64,000 nucleotides of DNA from Candidatus Thorarchaeota archaeon. Lineage in GTDB: Archaea > Asgardarchaeota > Thorarchaeia > Thorarchaeales > Thorarchaeaceae. Below the pieces are notes generated by a model. It was not told where the DNA came from, did not search any database, and saw only the letters and a list, made by a program, of their open reading frames with translations. Of the stretch, positions 44,454-53,246 are shown one piece after another (the stretch's first letter is position 1; the number at the start of each line of letters is the position of its first letter). Both the position numbers and the translations under genes were made by a program. The stretch lies in the NCBI GenBank assembly GCA_048882385.1, contig JBHLRQ010000004.1, positions 13,470-77,469 of the forward strand. Reading direction: 5' to 3'.

Positions 44454-45398
44454 CTATCCATCAGGAGGTTCAAGAACAACACTTGTTCCATCTTTGGAGA
44501 GTTGAATTCTCATATGGTCTCGTCCGAGGACAGAATTGGGGAAGATTGCCCTTGCTTCTTCGATGATTTCGTCACCATTGTGATAGCGAGGGCTATAGTG
44601 TGTTAGAACAAGTAATTTTACACCTGATTCGTTTGCAAGTTTTGCAGCACCTAAAGCTGTTGAGTGTCCCCGCTCCTGAGCAAGATCTTCATGCTCTGTT
44701 GTATACATCGCTTCGCTGATCAGGATGTCAGCATCAATTGAGGCCGCTTCGAGTTCTTTGCATGGACGTGTGTCTCCTGAATAGACAATCTTCAGGGGTT
44801 TCAAACTTGGTCCAGTCACTTGTTCAGGAGTCACTGTGGTTCCATTTTCTAATGTGATTGACTCTCCAGAAGCAAGTTTCTTCCAGGAAGGTCCCTGAGG
44901 TATTCCAATCTCCTCAGCTTTTGAAGGAAGAAATTTCCCAGTTGGTCGAGTCCAAGTTATCTCATAACCAAGAGCATAACCGCGATGATCAACCTCGAAT
45001 GCGCGAACTGTCAGATTTTGCTCATTGAATATTATTCCCGGTTCAATAGCGTGAACTACAGCTTCGAAGGTAGTCCCAAGATTGATTGTAGATTGACTAA
45101 CCTTGACATATTCTATGAGGTCCTTGGGTCCATAGATGGAAAGCGGCTTAATTCTGCCAAGAAGGGAGAACCGTAATAGAAGTCCGGGTAAGCCTAAGAC
45201 ATGGTCTGCATGAACGTGAGACACAAAAATAGCCATCTTCTTGTTGAGTCCGAGATTTGCTTTTTCAAACTGCCTCTGTACATCCTCACCTGCATCAAAC
45301 AGCAATACCCACCCCTCATAACGAATAGCTATGGCTGGATGGTTACGCTCTGCAGTTGGAATCGATCCACCCGATCCCAATATTACTATTTCAATCAT
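44454..45398 (-). CDS. rnz: ribonuclease Z (tRNA 3' endonuclease)
   Basis: MIEIVILGSGGSIPT..., the metallo-beta-lactamase motif SHVHADHVLGLPGLL, and C-terminal LTHYSPRY. Start set at ATG 45398. Confidence 0.85.
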   Translation of the reverse strand: MIEIVILGSGGSIPTAERNHPAIAIRYEGWVLLFDAGEDVQRQFEKANLGLNKKMAIFVSHVHADHVLGLPGLLLRFSLLGRIKPLSIYGPKDLIEYVKVSQSTINLGTTFEAVVHAIEPGIIFNEQNLTVRAFEVDHRGYALGYEITWTRPTGKFLPSKAEEIGIPQGPSWKKLASGESITLENGTTVTPEQVTGPSLKPLKIVYSGDTRPCKELEAASIDADILISEAMYTTEHEDLAQERGHSTALGAAKLANESGVKLLVLTHYSPRYHNGDEIIEEARAIFPNSVLGRDHMRIQLSKDGTSVVLEPPDG

Positions 45399-45456
45399 GA
45401 AACACTCAATAAAACGTCTGACATCATGCAAGATTAGGGTTGCGTCAACAAAAGCT

Positions 45457-46869
45457 CTATGCAAGATCAAGAGGGATGTTTTTTGGTGAAGCCTCTCTTC
45501 GAATCACACTATATGTATAGGCATCAAAAAATTTGGATACATCCCATTTCCACTGATCATTTCTTCGGTCATACATTGATGAAACCTTAGATGAACCACC
45601 AACTCCAGCAGCCACTACATGAGCTGTATAATCATGGACCTTTGATGTTTCATCATCCAATACATCAATCAAATCGCGACCAGAACCAGCTGGTAAAGCT
45701 GAAACAAGCAATACCTTCTTCTCCGAAGGATCCTCTAAATTCTGAATTCTTGATTGATATGTAAGGGGAAGATAATCCCAAGCAGGGATTATATCTCCAG
45801 AACATTCTGGACTTAACAGACAAATTACACGGTCGCTCAATGTAGGAATGTTAACTCGAGCTCGAGGTAGTACTATTCCTTTCTTAAGAAGCTGTGAACG
45901 TTTCCTGAATGTTGTCGAAGATGACAACTTAGTTAAGTGGACAATTTCAGCAGCTGTACTCCCAAAGTTGTCTACAAGCGCATCAATGATTTTGACATCT
46001 GCAAAAGTGAATCCATGTGGTTCGTGAGGAGCTGGTGATGGAACATCTGCGAGAAGAAGGGGATTGCCTCCTTTTCTCAGCATTAGTCTGAAATGCAGCA
46101 AGTCAAGACGCCACCCTTCATTTGGATGAAAGTAACGTCCATTTAATTTGGGTATGCCAGCGGAGAGACCCCATACTGATACACTACTAGTGCTGTTTCT
46201 GAAACTCCTGACTGTATCAAGAAATTCACTGCGCTTCTTATGAGGTATTGTGGCTACAACAAGCACTAAAGGTGAATACCCGTCGATCATCAGAGTCTTT
46301 TGAACATAGGGTCCGGATAAGACCAAGGAGGGCGATTCAAAAATGATCAGTACTCTCTCTAAACCAAGTTTATGTGTGTTAAGCATACCTCCGGTTTTCA
46401 AAACTCCAGAGTCACTCAACCTTTTCTGTGCACGCCGTGTCTGTGCATAGGACAGTCCAGCTTGAGCCGCAATTAGGTTCAACGGTTTTCCTGGATTCTT
46501 AATTGCAGATTCTAGAAATGGGAGTTCAGTTCTTGATAAACGGGAGATATTTTCTTCCCAGAGATTCAAGATTAGGCTCATAATGTCCCTTTGACTAATA
46601 ATTTCCACATCTCCTAGTCGAACTACCTCTTCCAAGCGGCGAGTGAGGAGAAGATATAGGCTACCTCGATAAGACAGGACTATCTTTTGTAACATCTTGA
46701 AATCTGCATCTTCGGTAAAGACTTCTAGTTGTCCTCCTTCTTCGAAGGTCTTTACAAATCGGAGGACTGCTAGAGCACTAGGTGATAGCTTCTCCCAGAA
46801 GTTTGGAGTGTCATCAGCACGCATAATTGCATCGTCCCGACCATCCTTTTCTAATTCTGGCTCGGTCAT
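45457..46869 (-). CDS. hypothetical multi-winged-helix protein (470 aa), putative regulator
   Basis: At least two Lrp/AsnC-type HTH segments: LNLIAAQAGLSYAQTRRAQKRLSDSGVLK and AAEIVHLTKLSSSTTFRKRSQLLKKGIV. Confidence 0.5.
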   Translation of the reverse strand: MTEPELEKDGRDDAIMRADDTPNFWEKLSPSALAVLRFVKTFEEGGQLEVFTEDADFKMLQKIVLSYRGSLYLLLTRRLEEVVRLGDVEIISQRDIMSLILNLWEENISRLSRTELPFLESAIKNPGKPLNLIAAQAGLSYAQTRRAQKRLSDSGVLKTGGMLNTHKLGLERVLIIFESPSLVLSGPYVQKTLMIDGYSPLVLVVATIPHKKRSEFLDTVRSFRNSTSSVSVWGLSAGIPKLNGRYFHPNEGWRLDLLHFRLMLRKGGNPLLLADVPSPAPHEPHGFTFADVKIIDALVDNFGSTAAEIVHLTKLSSSTTFRKRSQLLKKGIVLPRARVNIPTLSDRVICLLSPECSGDIIPAWDYLPLTYQSRIQNLEDPSEKKVLLVSALPAGSGRDLIDVLDDETSKVHDYTAHVVAAGVGGSSKVSSMYDRRNDQWKWDVSKFFDAYTYSVIRREASPKNIPLDLA

Positions 46870-46950
46870 CGTAAACCCTCTCAGAATCCGTTCTAAACTC
46901 GAGTAATATTATACTAGAGTGTCTTTAGAGCATAATATAAGACCGTAAAG

Positions 46951-47712
46951 TCAGTCAAGAGGTTTGGAGTCTTTCCAGAGGGAATCAAAATATGCACGAG
47001 CCATAGAGGCAAAGAGACCTGCGCTTGAATAGATGCCAACAAACTCAGTGTCGGTATCACCCTCTGCGAGCATAATTAGGGTTTCACGGGCATCTACGAC
47101 TAATCCAACTCCAAAGACTCTTTCACGGGTTCGGACCTCGAAGTTGCTAGGGATTAGTGGTCTGATTGTTTCAGGAACTTTGGAGGTGAGGATTCGAGTG
47201 TGTGCCTTGACATTGAGCACATTCTCAGCTACTGTTGTGATGTCCTCCATGTCAAGGTCAAGCCCGGGAATTGAGAGAACAACCTCCTCCTTCACTGACT
47301 CCAACATCTCGACTGCTTTGGAGAGAATGGCTGCACGTCCATGCATCACATAGACGTCTCTTGTCGTCACTTTTGTTTCCTGTTCAAACAAAGGTTGGAG
47401 TTCATCTACAACCTGTTTACTGGAGTCTTCAAGTTTCTGTTCCCAATCAAGACGAATCACTCGTACAACCTCAGTAGGTGATTTGGCAACATATATCGTA
47501 GGACGACCTCTCTTGATCTGAATGAATTGTTTTTCCTCAAGCCTCCCAAGTACATCATAGATTCTGGAATATGGAACCTTTGATTTTGCTGAGATATCAG
47601 ATGCACCCATCTGTCCTCCACTAACTAATGCAAGATATGCATGGGTTTCGTATTCTGTGAGTCCCAGCTGTCTGAGCGCTTTGAGGGTTGCTTCACTCAC
47701 TGACATTGTCAT
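46951..47712 (-). CDS. trmB: TrmB family transcriptional regulator
   Basis: LKALRQLGLTEYETHAYLALVSGGQMGASDISAKSKVPYSRIYDVLGRLEEKQFI wHTH plus a TrmB C-terminal domain. Confidence 0.8.
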   Translation of the reverse strand: MTMSVSEATLKALRQLGLTEYETHAYLALVSGGQMGASDISAKSKVPYSRIYDVLGRLEEKQFIQIKRGRPTIYVAKSPTEVVRVIRLDWEQKLEDSSKQVVDELQPLFEQETKVTTRDVYVMHGRAAILSKAVEMLESVKEEVVLSIPGLDLDMEDITTVAENVLNVKAHTRILTSKVPETIRPLIPSNFEVRTRERVFGVGLVVDARETLIMLAEGDTDTEFVGIYSSAGLFASMARAYFDSLWKDSKPLD

Positions 47713-47847
47713 TCCCTGTCAGAGGAGTCTTCATCTGTCTTAAGGCTTGTCAGACACTGAGATTAATGGGAGCTTTTTTATTCCATTAGTTTGCAATCAA
47801 TTCTAGGAGGATGTCACAACCATCTGTTGGTTTCATTAATTGTGGGG

Positions 47848-48114
47848 ATGGACAACATGGTACGGGAGAAAAGAGGTAGTAAGAATATCAAAGAAACACC
47901 AGCATCAAAGTTACTGGATGATTTTGTTGTTACAGATACCGTCCATCGAGAAGAAACTAACACAGAGATGAGTGACGAAGAATACATTGAGATGATGATA
48001 AAGAAAGAAGCCGAACGTAAATTGTTGAGAATCAGACGCGATGTTTCAATATCAGACAAAGTTGAGATTTTTATCGATGACAAAGAGGATGTTCCTGAAA
48101 GAAAAGGTTCCTGA
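47848..48114 (+). CDS. hypothetical charged protein (88 aa)
   Basis: ATG 47848. Highly charged sequence with no motif. Confidence 0.3.
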   Translation: MDNMVREKRGSKNIKETPASKLLDDFVVTDTVHREETNTEMSDEEYIEMMIKKEAERKLLRIRRDVSISDKVEIFIDDKEDVPERKGS

Positions 48115-48116
48115 AA

Positions 48117-48680
48117 TCACTTTGAATACCATTTGAGAAATTCCTCAAACGCTTTTGTTCTGTGAGAGATACGAACTTTCTCATCAAAAGTGAGTTCCGC
48201 ATAGGTCTTTGTATACCCTTCAGGAATAAAGATAGGATCATATCCAAATCCGCCTACTCCTGCTGGTTCGAGTGCAATAGAACCGGACATTGCTCCTGTG
48301 AAAGATTTCATGTTCTGACCATCATAGTAACCTACTGCTGTCTTGAACGTTGATGCACGTTCCTTTTCACCTGCCATCAGTTTTAGAATTCCTTCATATC
48401 CGATAAATTCGAGGACAATTCCAGCATATGAACCTGGAAATCCATTAAGAGAGTCAACAAAAAAACCAGTGTCGTCTACGACAACTGGCCTATCAATAGT
48501 TTCGAATGCATCCTTGGCGGCTATACGAGCAATCTCTTCAATATCATTAGAACGGATTTCATGTTTCTTGTGGGGGGTTGTATCAAATTTGACTTTGTAC
48601 TTGATGAAGAGAGGACTGAGTTCTTTGAGTTTGTGCTTATTCTGTGTCACAAGAACAAGGCTATCCCTTGACATATTCAA
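48117..48680 (-). CDS. rdgB: non-canonical purine NTP pyrophosphatase (RdgB/HAM1 family)
   Basis: LVLVTQNKHKLKEL, DDTGFFVDSLNGFPG, GFGYDPIF and SHRTKAF motifs. Confidence 0.88.
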   Translation of the reverse strand: MNMSRDSLVLVTQNKHKLKELSPLFIKYKVKFDTTPHKKHEIRSNDIEEIARIAAKDAFETIDRPVVVDDTGFFVDSLNGFPGSYAGIVLEFIGYEGILKLMAGEKERASTFKTAVGYYDGQNMKSFTGAMSGSIALEPAGVGGFGYDPIFIPEGYTKTYAELTFDEKVRISHRTKAFEEFLKWYSK

Positions 48681-49785
48681 GGATCTCCTTGATTACATTG
48701 TATGATTGTTTAGTCTTCTCAAGATCAAACATGCCTGTAGCGTTCCAGAGAATGACATGGTCAAGTCCTTGTTTCACTAAGTCTTCAAGGATTCCGATGA
48801 GGGTTTCTTTGCCACCGGTCATATAGAACTCATGTAAAACTTCCAGTGGCACCTTTTCAATCGCATCTAGTGTGGTCTTTCGATCATATCTCATCGGAAT
48901 GTAGTTGGTTAAACCATGAAAATCATCACCAAAAGGATGTGAATATCCCATACGTGTCCATTCACTTGCTGAATGCATTAGAGCAAATGCTCTGGCAAGA
49001 GGGGTTTTCATCAGTCTCTCACATTCCATTGGATCATCATCAATAATGCACCATTTCCACAGGGCGGCAGTGAAAGGTTCAGTGCGATTTAATTTCTTTC
49101 TGTAATCATGAATGATTTTTAGACCCTCTCCGTATTGCTTTGCGCTTGCGACAGATGGGATCCATCCATCGCCAAATTCAGCGGCAAGCTTCAGCATTTT
49201 GGGGCCCATGGCGGCTATCCAGATTGGCGGTGGCTTTCCATCCACGGCAGGCCTCAGAGACATGACTGCGTCTTTGAGTTTCCAAAACCGACCATTGTAA
49301 TCAAAGGGTTTATGCGTATTCCAGACCATTTTGATGATCTCAAGAGCCTCACGAAGTTTTCCTACCTGGCCAGAGTAGTTCAACCCATATGGTTCGATAT
49401 TCTCCATCTCTCCAGCTCCAATACCAAGAACAGCTCTTCCTCGGCTGATATGGTCAAGAGTGAGGAAGGTCTGGGCGATAAGGATTGGATGTCGTCTGAT
49501 TGGTTCAGTGACTGAAGAAATCAGCTGGACATTCTCAGTAACCGCTGCGCAGGCACTCATGATGCTAGATAGCTCATAGTATGTGTGAGGCGATTGTTGG
49601 AAGACAGCCAATGATGTAATATCAGGAGTCCAGATGCTCTGGGGTACAAATCCGGCAAAATGGTCCGGAAAAGCCATACTGTCATATCCTAATGAATCGA
49701 TAGTCTTTGCGTTCTTCAGAGCATTATCCCAGGGGGGAAGGAAAGGACCGGGGGCGCCTATTTTGAGATCATGTATATCAGCCAT
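48661..49785 (-). CDS. luciferase-like (LLM class) flavin/F420-dependent oxidoreductase
   Basis: TIM-barrel LLM pattern (LDHISRGRAVLGIGAGE...). 374 aa. Confidence 0.65.
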   Translation of the reverse strand: MADIHDLKIGAPGPFLPPWDNALKNAKTIDSLGYDSMAFPDHFAGFVPQSIWTPDITSLAVFQQSPHTYYELSSIMSACAAVTENVQLISSVTEPIRRHPILIAQTFLTLDHISRGRAVLGIGAGEMENIEPYGLNYSGQVGKLREALEIIKMVWNTHKPFDYNGRFWKLKDAVMSLRPAVDGKPPPIWIAAMGPKMLKLAAEFGDGWIPSVASAKQYGEGLKIIHDYRKKLNRTEPFTAALWKWCIIDDDPMECERLMKTPLARAFALMHSASEWTRMGYSHPFGDDFHGLTNYIPMRYDRKTTLDAIEKVPLEVLHEFYMTGGKETLIGILEDLVKQGLDHVILWNATGMFDLEKTKQSYNVIKEILEYVKG

Positions 49786-51015
49786 CTATTCGCACACCTC
49801 AGCAAAATGAATGAGAACTTTCTTGACCTTCTCGAAATCCTCGAGATGCATAAATTCGTCTATTCCATGGTAGTTATTATCATCTCTAAGTGTTCCGTAG
49901 CATACTGTTGGTATTCCATGTGATGTGAAGTAATGACCATCATTCCCTCCTAAATCAGCAGCGATGACAATATCAGGACTCACAGTTTCCTTGACCACTT
50001 CGTGAAAGACTTTAACATATTTATTCTCTGGATCTGACCCCCACCCAGCATGCTTGGTTTTGAATTCGAGTGAAGCTTCAACAAAGGTTTCCTCCTTTGC
50101 TTTCTCAAAGAACTCCTCGATGTCTTTGACAACATCGTTCACATCTTCTTCCGGGATGGTTCGACAATCAAAGGATATTTCAGCTTTGCCCGGGATTGTA
50201 TTGGTTTTGCTCCCTGCATTATAAACAGTCATTGAGAAACGCCCCCAGAGTGTCTGATGAGGACTACTAGGAGGTGCAGGTAGTTTGGACTCTACCTTTC
50301 TTCTAATATCTACAAAGTCCAGCATGACCTGCATGAGAGGAATCGACAAATGGATTGCATTTGCGAACTTGAATGGATACCCTGCATGTCCCTGATTGCC
50401 TCTCACAGTCATAGTACCTGAGATAACACCACTGGCTCCATTACTAACATACTCAGGTCCAGAATCGACCACAATTCCAAAATCACCACGAATCTTTGGG
50501 GGTCCGTTCATCAGGTAATCAATTCCCCAGACTCCACCTATCTCCTCGTTTGGGCTGATCAGTATCTTCCAATTTACCTTGGAGCTGCCTTTCTTGATTA
50601 GCTCCTTTGCAGAGCTTACAGCAGCGACGATGTTACCCTTATTGTCACTGACTCCACGACCAAACGCCTTGTCTTTTTCCATTGTGAGTTTGAAAGGAGG
50701 ATTCTTCCATGCTTCGACATCGCCAGCAGGAACCACATCATAGTGTGTACAAAGCAGAACTGTCGTCTTTGCGCCCACATCCATCGATGCTACGATATTT
50801 GGTTGAGGAATGCCATCATGCATAGAATCGAAGACATCCACCTTAAGTCCAGCTTCTTCACAATATCTCTTGATGATTTCAGCACAAACTGCATAGTTCT
50901 TCTTCTCATCGCTATTAGTGTCGAGCTCTACAATCTCTTTCAAGAAGCTCTCTTCCCACATATCCATGTCAACACATCTCCAATAGGGAGCTGGGTATAG
51001 AGTAAAGCCACTCAT
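49786..51015 (-). CDS. M20 family metallopeptidase (ArgE/DapE-like)
   Basis: LLCTHYDVVPAG, GRGVSDNKG and NEEIGG metal-ligand motifs. Confidence 0.75.
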   Translation of the reverse strand: MSGFTLYPAPYWRCVDMDMWEESFLKEIVELDTNSDEKKNYAVCAEIIKRYCEEAGLKVDVFDSMHDGIPQPNIVASMDVGAKTTVLLCTHYDVVPAGDVEAWKNPPFKLTMEKDKAFGRGVSDNKGNIVAAVSSAKELIKKGSSKVNWKILISPNEEIGGVWGIDYLMNGPPKIRGDFGIVVDSGPEYVSNGASGVISGTMTVRGNQGHAGYPFKFANAIHLSIPLMQVMLDFVDIRRKVESKLPAPPSSPHQTLWGRFSMTVYNAGSKTNTIPGKAEISFDCRTIPEEDVNDVVKDIEEFFEKAKEETFVEASLEFKTKHAGWGSDPENKYVKVFHEVVKETVSPDIVIAADLGGNDGHYFTSHGIPTVCYGTLRDDNNYHGIDEFMHLEDFEKVKKVLIHFAEVCE

Positions 51016-51016
51016 A

Positions 51017-51820
51017 TTACTTCTGGCAGGTCTGGCAGTAATTAGTCTTGAACCGATTTGCTGTTACTTCAGACACCCGTCCTCCACATAATGGACAGAT
51101 GGCTCCCCCACGATTGTGAACCATCAGGAAATCCCTATTTTCAATCGCAATGTCGTCTAGAGACCGTTCTGACATGATTTCGCGAATTCGAGTGAGTACC
51201 TTTCGCATTGCATGAAAGAGTTTCTCAATTTCTTGGTCTTTTAGAGTTGGACGTCTACGGAAAGGAAGAATTCCTGCATAGAGTAGAATTTCGTCAGCAT
51301 ATGCATTCCCAATTCCCTTCACAAAACGTTGATTTCGAAGAATGTTTTTGATCTGCCCATTGTGGCGTTTTAATCTCTCACGAAAGACTTCGAGTGTTAG
51401 GTCATCATCCAATGCAGAGGGACCACGGTTCTCAAATCCTGCAACTTGAGAATATTCACCTTTGGCAACCAAATAGATACGCCCCATCTTCTTTGCATCT
51501 GAATACCACAATGTTCCTTCACCGGTATGGATTGAAACCATATCATAACTCGTTGGTTTCTTGAAACGCAAAATGACCCTGAATCTTCCAGTGAGCATTG
51601 GATTAACAACAAATTCATGATGGTTCAATGATAGAATGAGAAATTTGCCATCAGCTCTGACAGAATCAATTTGTTCTCCCACACTATTGGACTGAAACTC
51701 ATTTACAGGGAGTCCATGTACAACAATATGATTATGGACAACAGTCTTCTTGATAGTCTTTCCACTGAGTTGTTTGGTCAAGAGATCTGCAATAATTTCA
51801 AGTTCAGGAAGTTCGGGCAA
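51017..51820 (-). CDS. fpg: formamidopyrimidine-DNA glycosylase / endonuclease VIII family (Fpg/Nei)
   Basis: N-terminal MPELPELE catalytic Pro/Glu, H2TH region (RNQRFVKGIGNAYADEIL), and C-terminal zinc finger CPLCGG...CQTCQ. Confidence 0.85.
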   Translation of the reverse strand: MPELPELEIIADLLTKQLSGKTIKKTVVHNHIVVHGLPVNEFQSNSVGEQIDSVRADGKFLILSLNHHEFVVNPMLTGRFRVILRFKKPTSYDMVSIHTGEGTLWYSDAKKMGRIYLVAKGEYSQVAGFENRGPSALDDDLTLEVFRERLKRHNGQIKNILRNQRFVKGIGNAYADEILLYAGILPFRRRPTLKDQEIEKLFHAMRKVLTRIREIMSERSLDDIAIENRDFLMVHNRGGAICPLCGGRVSEVTANRFKTNYCQTCQK

Positions 51821-51942
51821 TTTCTCACCAAAGACAGTCTGATGATGTGCAACTACAGATAAGATAGTTTTCTTATTCTGAAATCGGAATGACCAAAAGG
51901 CATTAACTCATGCTCCATCGTGAATGAGAGAGGTGTAGTGAT

Positions 51943-52593
51943 ATGGACCATCGTCTGAAACTCCTATTTGTAGTAGTTCTGACTGTAATCATTACTCTAG
52001 CTGGCACATTTGTGACTGAATATGTTCGACAATCCATGACTTTCTCATGGGGCGTTGATGTGGGTGATGAGTTTCTGTACGAGGTTTCAGTCACTGGAAA
52101 CACCACTACTACAACGCAGATCCTTCCACCCATTTTCGCACCTATGAACAATACGCGAATAGTTGTGGAGATAGTTTCACTACCAAACCTTACACTCTAT
52201 TACTCAGACATTCCTTTTATCCAAGATGTAATTAATCACGTAAAGACCATAGTGAGATTTGAGAATGGTTCTGATATTCCTACAGAATTTTACTATGCAA
52301 TAAACAATCATGCTTCCAATAGCATACTCCCAATTGGCGCATGGGGTTATCTAGGTTCATTGTTTCCCAACCAAATCAATCAAGCAATTTCCAACCAAGA
52401 AATGTATATTTCTGTGACTAAGCCGGATTCGTTCTACTTCGGATACTGGCTAAATGAAACAACAAGCACATCAGAATGGCATGGAATACTTAATTTGAAT
52501 ACAGGAGTGCCAATAGATTTCTCATTCTCTATTTTGAGAATAGGGCAGCCATGGGTATATTCGTACAATGTGACAATGACACTCGTTGACTGA
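51943..52593 (+). CDS. hypothetical membrane-anchored/secreted protein rich in N-x-S/T sequons
   Basis: N-terminal TM/signal anchor LKLLFVVVLTVIITLAGTFV. Many NxT/NxS sites. Confidence 0.45.
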   Translation: MDHRLKLLFVVVLTVIITLAGTFVTEYVRQSMTFSWGVDVGDEFLYEVSVTGNTTTTTQILPPIFAPMNNTRIVVEIVSLPNLTLYYSDIPFIQDVINHVKTIVRFENGSDIPTEFYYAINNHASNSILPIGAWGYLGSLFPNQINQAISNQEMYISVTKPDSFYFGYWLNETTSTSEWHGILNLNTGVPIDFSFSILRIGQPWVYSYNVTMTLVD

Positions 52594-52647
52594 ACTTGAA
52601 TGACATTCGAGTATGACTTAAACAGGTAAAAGTATGATTACATTGTC

Positions 52648-53241
52648 ATGGAGCCACTTGTATTTCATATTCAGAAAGGACGCCTCGTTAAAATGAAAGA
52701 CCCAGGAGCTTTCGGACGAGGTGATTGCTATCTCGTTGATGCTGGAATGAAGATCTACCTCTGGATTGGTCCAAAATCGACTGTAGATGAGAAATTCCTC
52801 ACAGCTGCAACTGCTGTCATGAGAGACTCAGCTCGTGAAGGCAAAGCCGACATAGATCGGATAGAGGGAGGAAATGAACCTGCAGACTTTAAAGCACTCT
52901 TCGATGACTTCAGACTTACAGACGAGGATACCGAAGGTATCCTAAAGAAAGTTCAATTGGAAACTCATGAACACAAACTCTGGCGAGTTCATCGTGAGGG
53001 GGATGAAACCTTCTTTGCAGAGGTTGATCTCAAAAAGGATTCTTTGAAGAGCGATGATGTATTCCTATTAGATGCATGGGATGACATCTGGGTATGGCGT
53101 GGAAAAGATGCAACGTCACGTGAGAAGTTTGATGGGACTATCCTCGCTAGAAGGTATGATGCAGAGCGCGTTGGCGTACAAGAGATAGAATTGATTGAAG
53201 AAGGACAGGAACCAGAAGAGTTCTTCAGATCTTTCTCATGA
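52648..53241 (+). CDS. two-domain gelsolin/villin-type protein
   Basis: Two gelsolin repeats: FGRGDCYLVDAGMKIYLWIGPKSTVDEKFLTAATAV and LKSDDVFLLDAWDDIWVWRGKDATSREKFDGTILA. Confidence 0.8.
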   Translation: MEPLVFHIQKGRLVKMKDPGAFGRGDCYLVDAGMKIYLWIGPKSTVDEKFLTAATAVMRDSAREGKADIDRIEGGNEPADFKALFDDFRLTDEDTEGILKKVQLETHEHKLWRVHREGDETFFAEVDLKKDSLKSDDVFLLDAWDDIWVWRGKDATSREKFDGTILARRYDAERVGVQEIELIEEGQEPEEFFRSFS

Positions 53242-53246
53242 TTATG

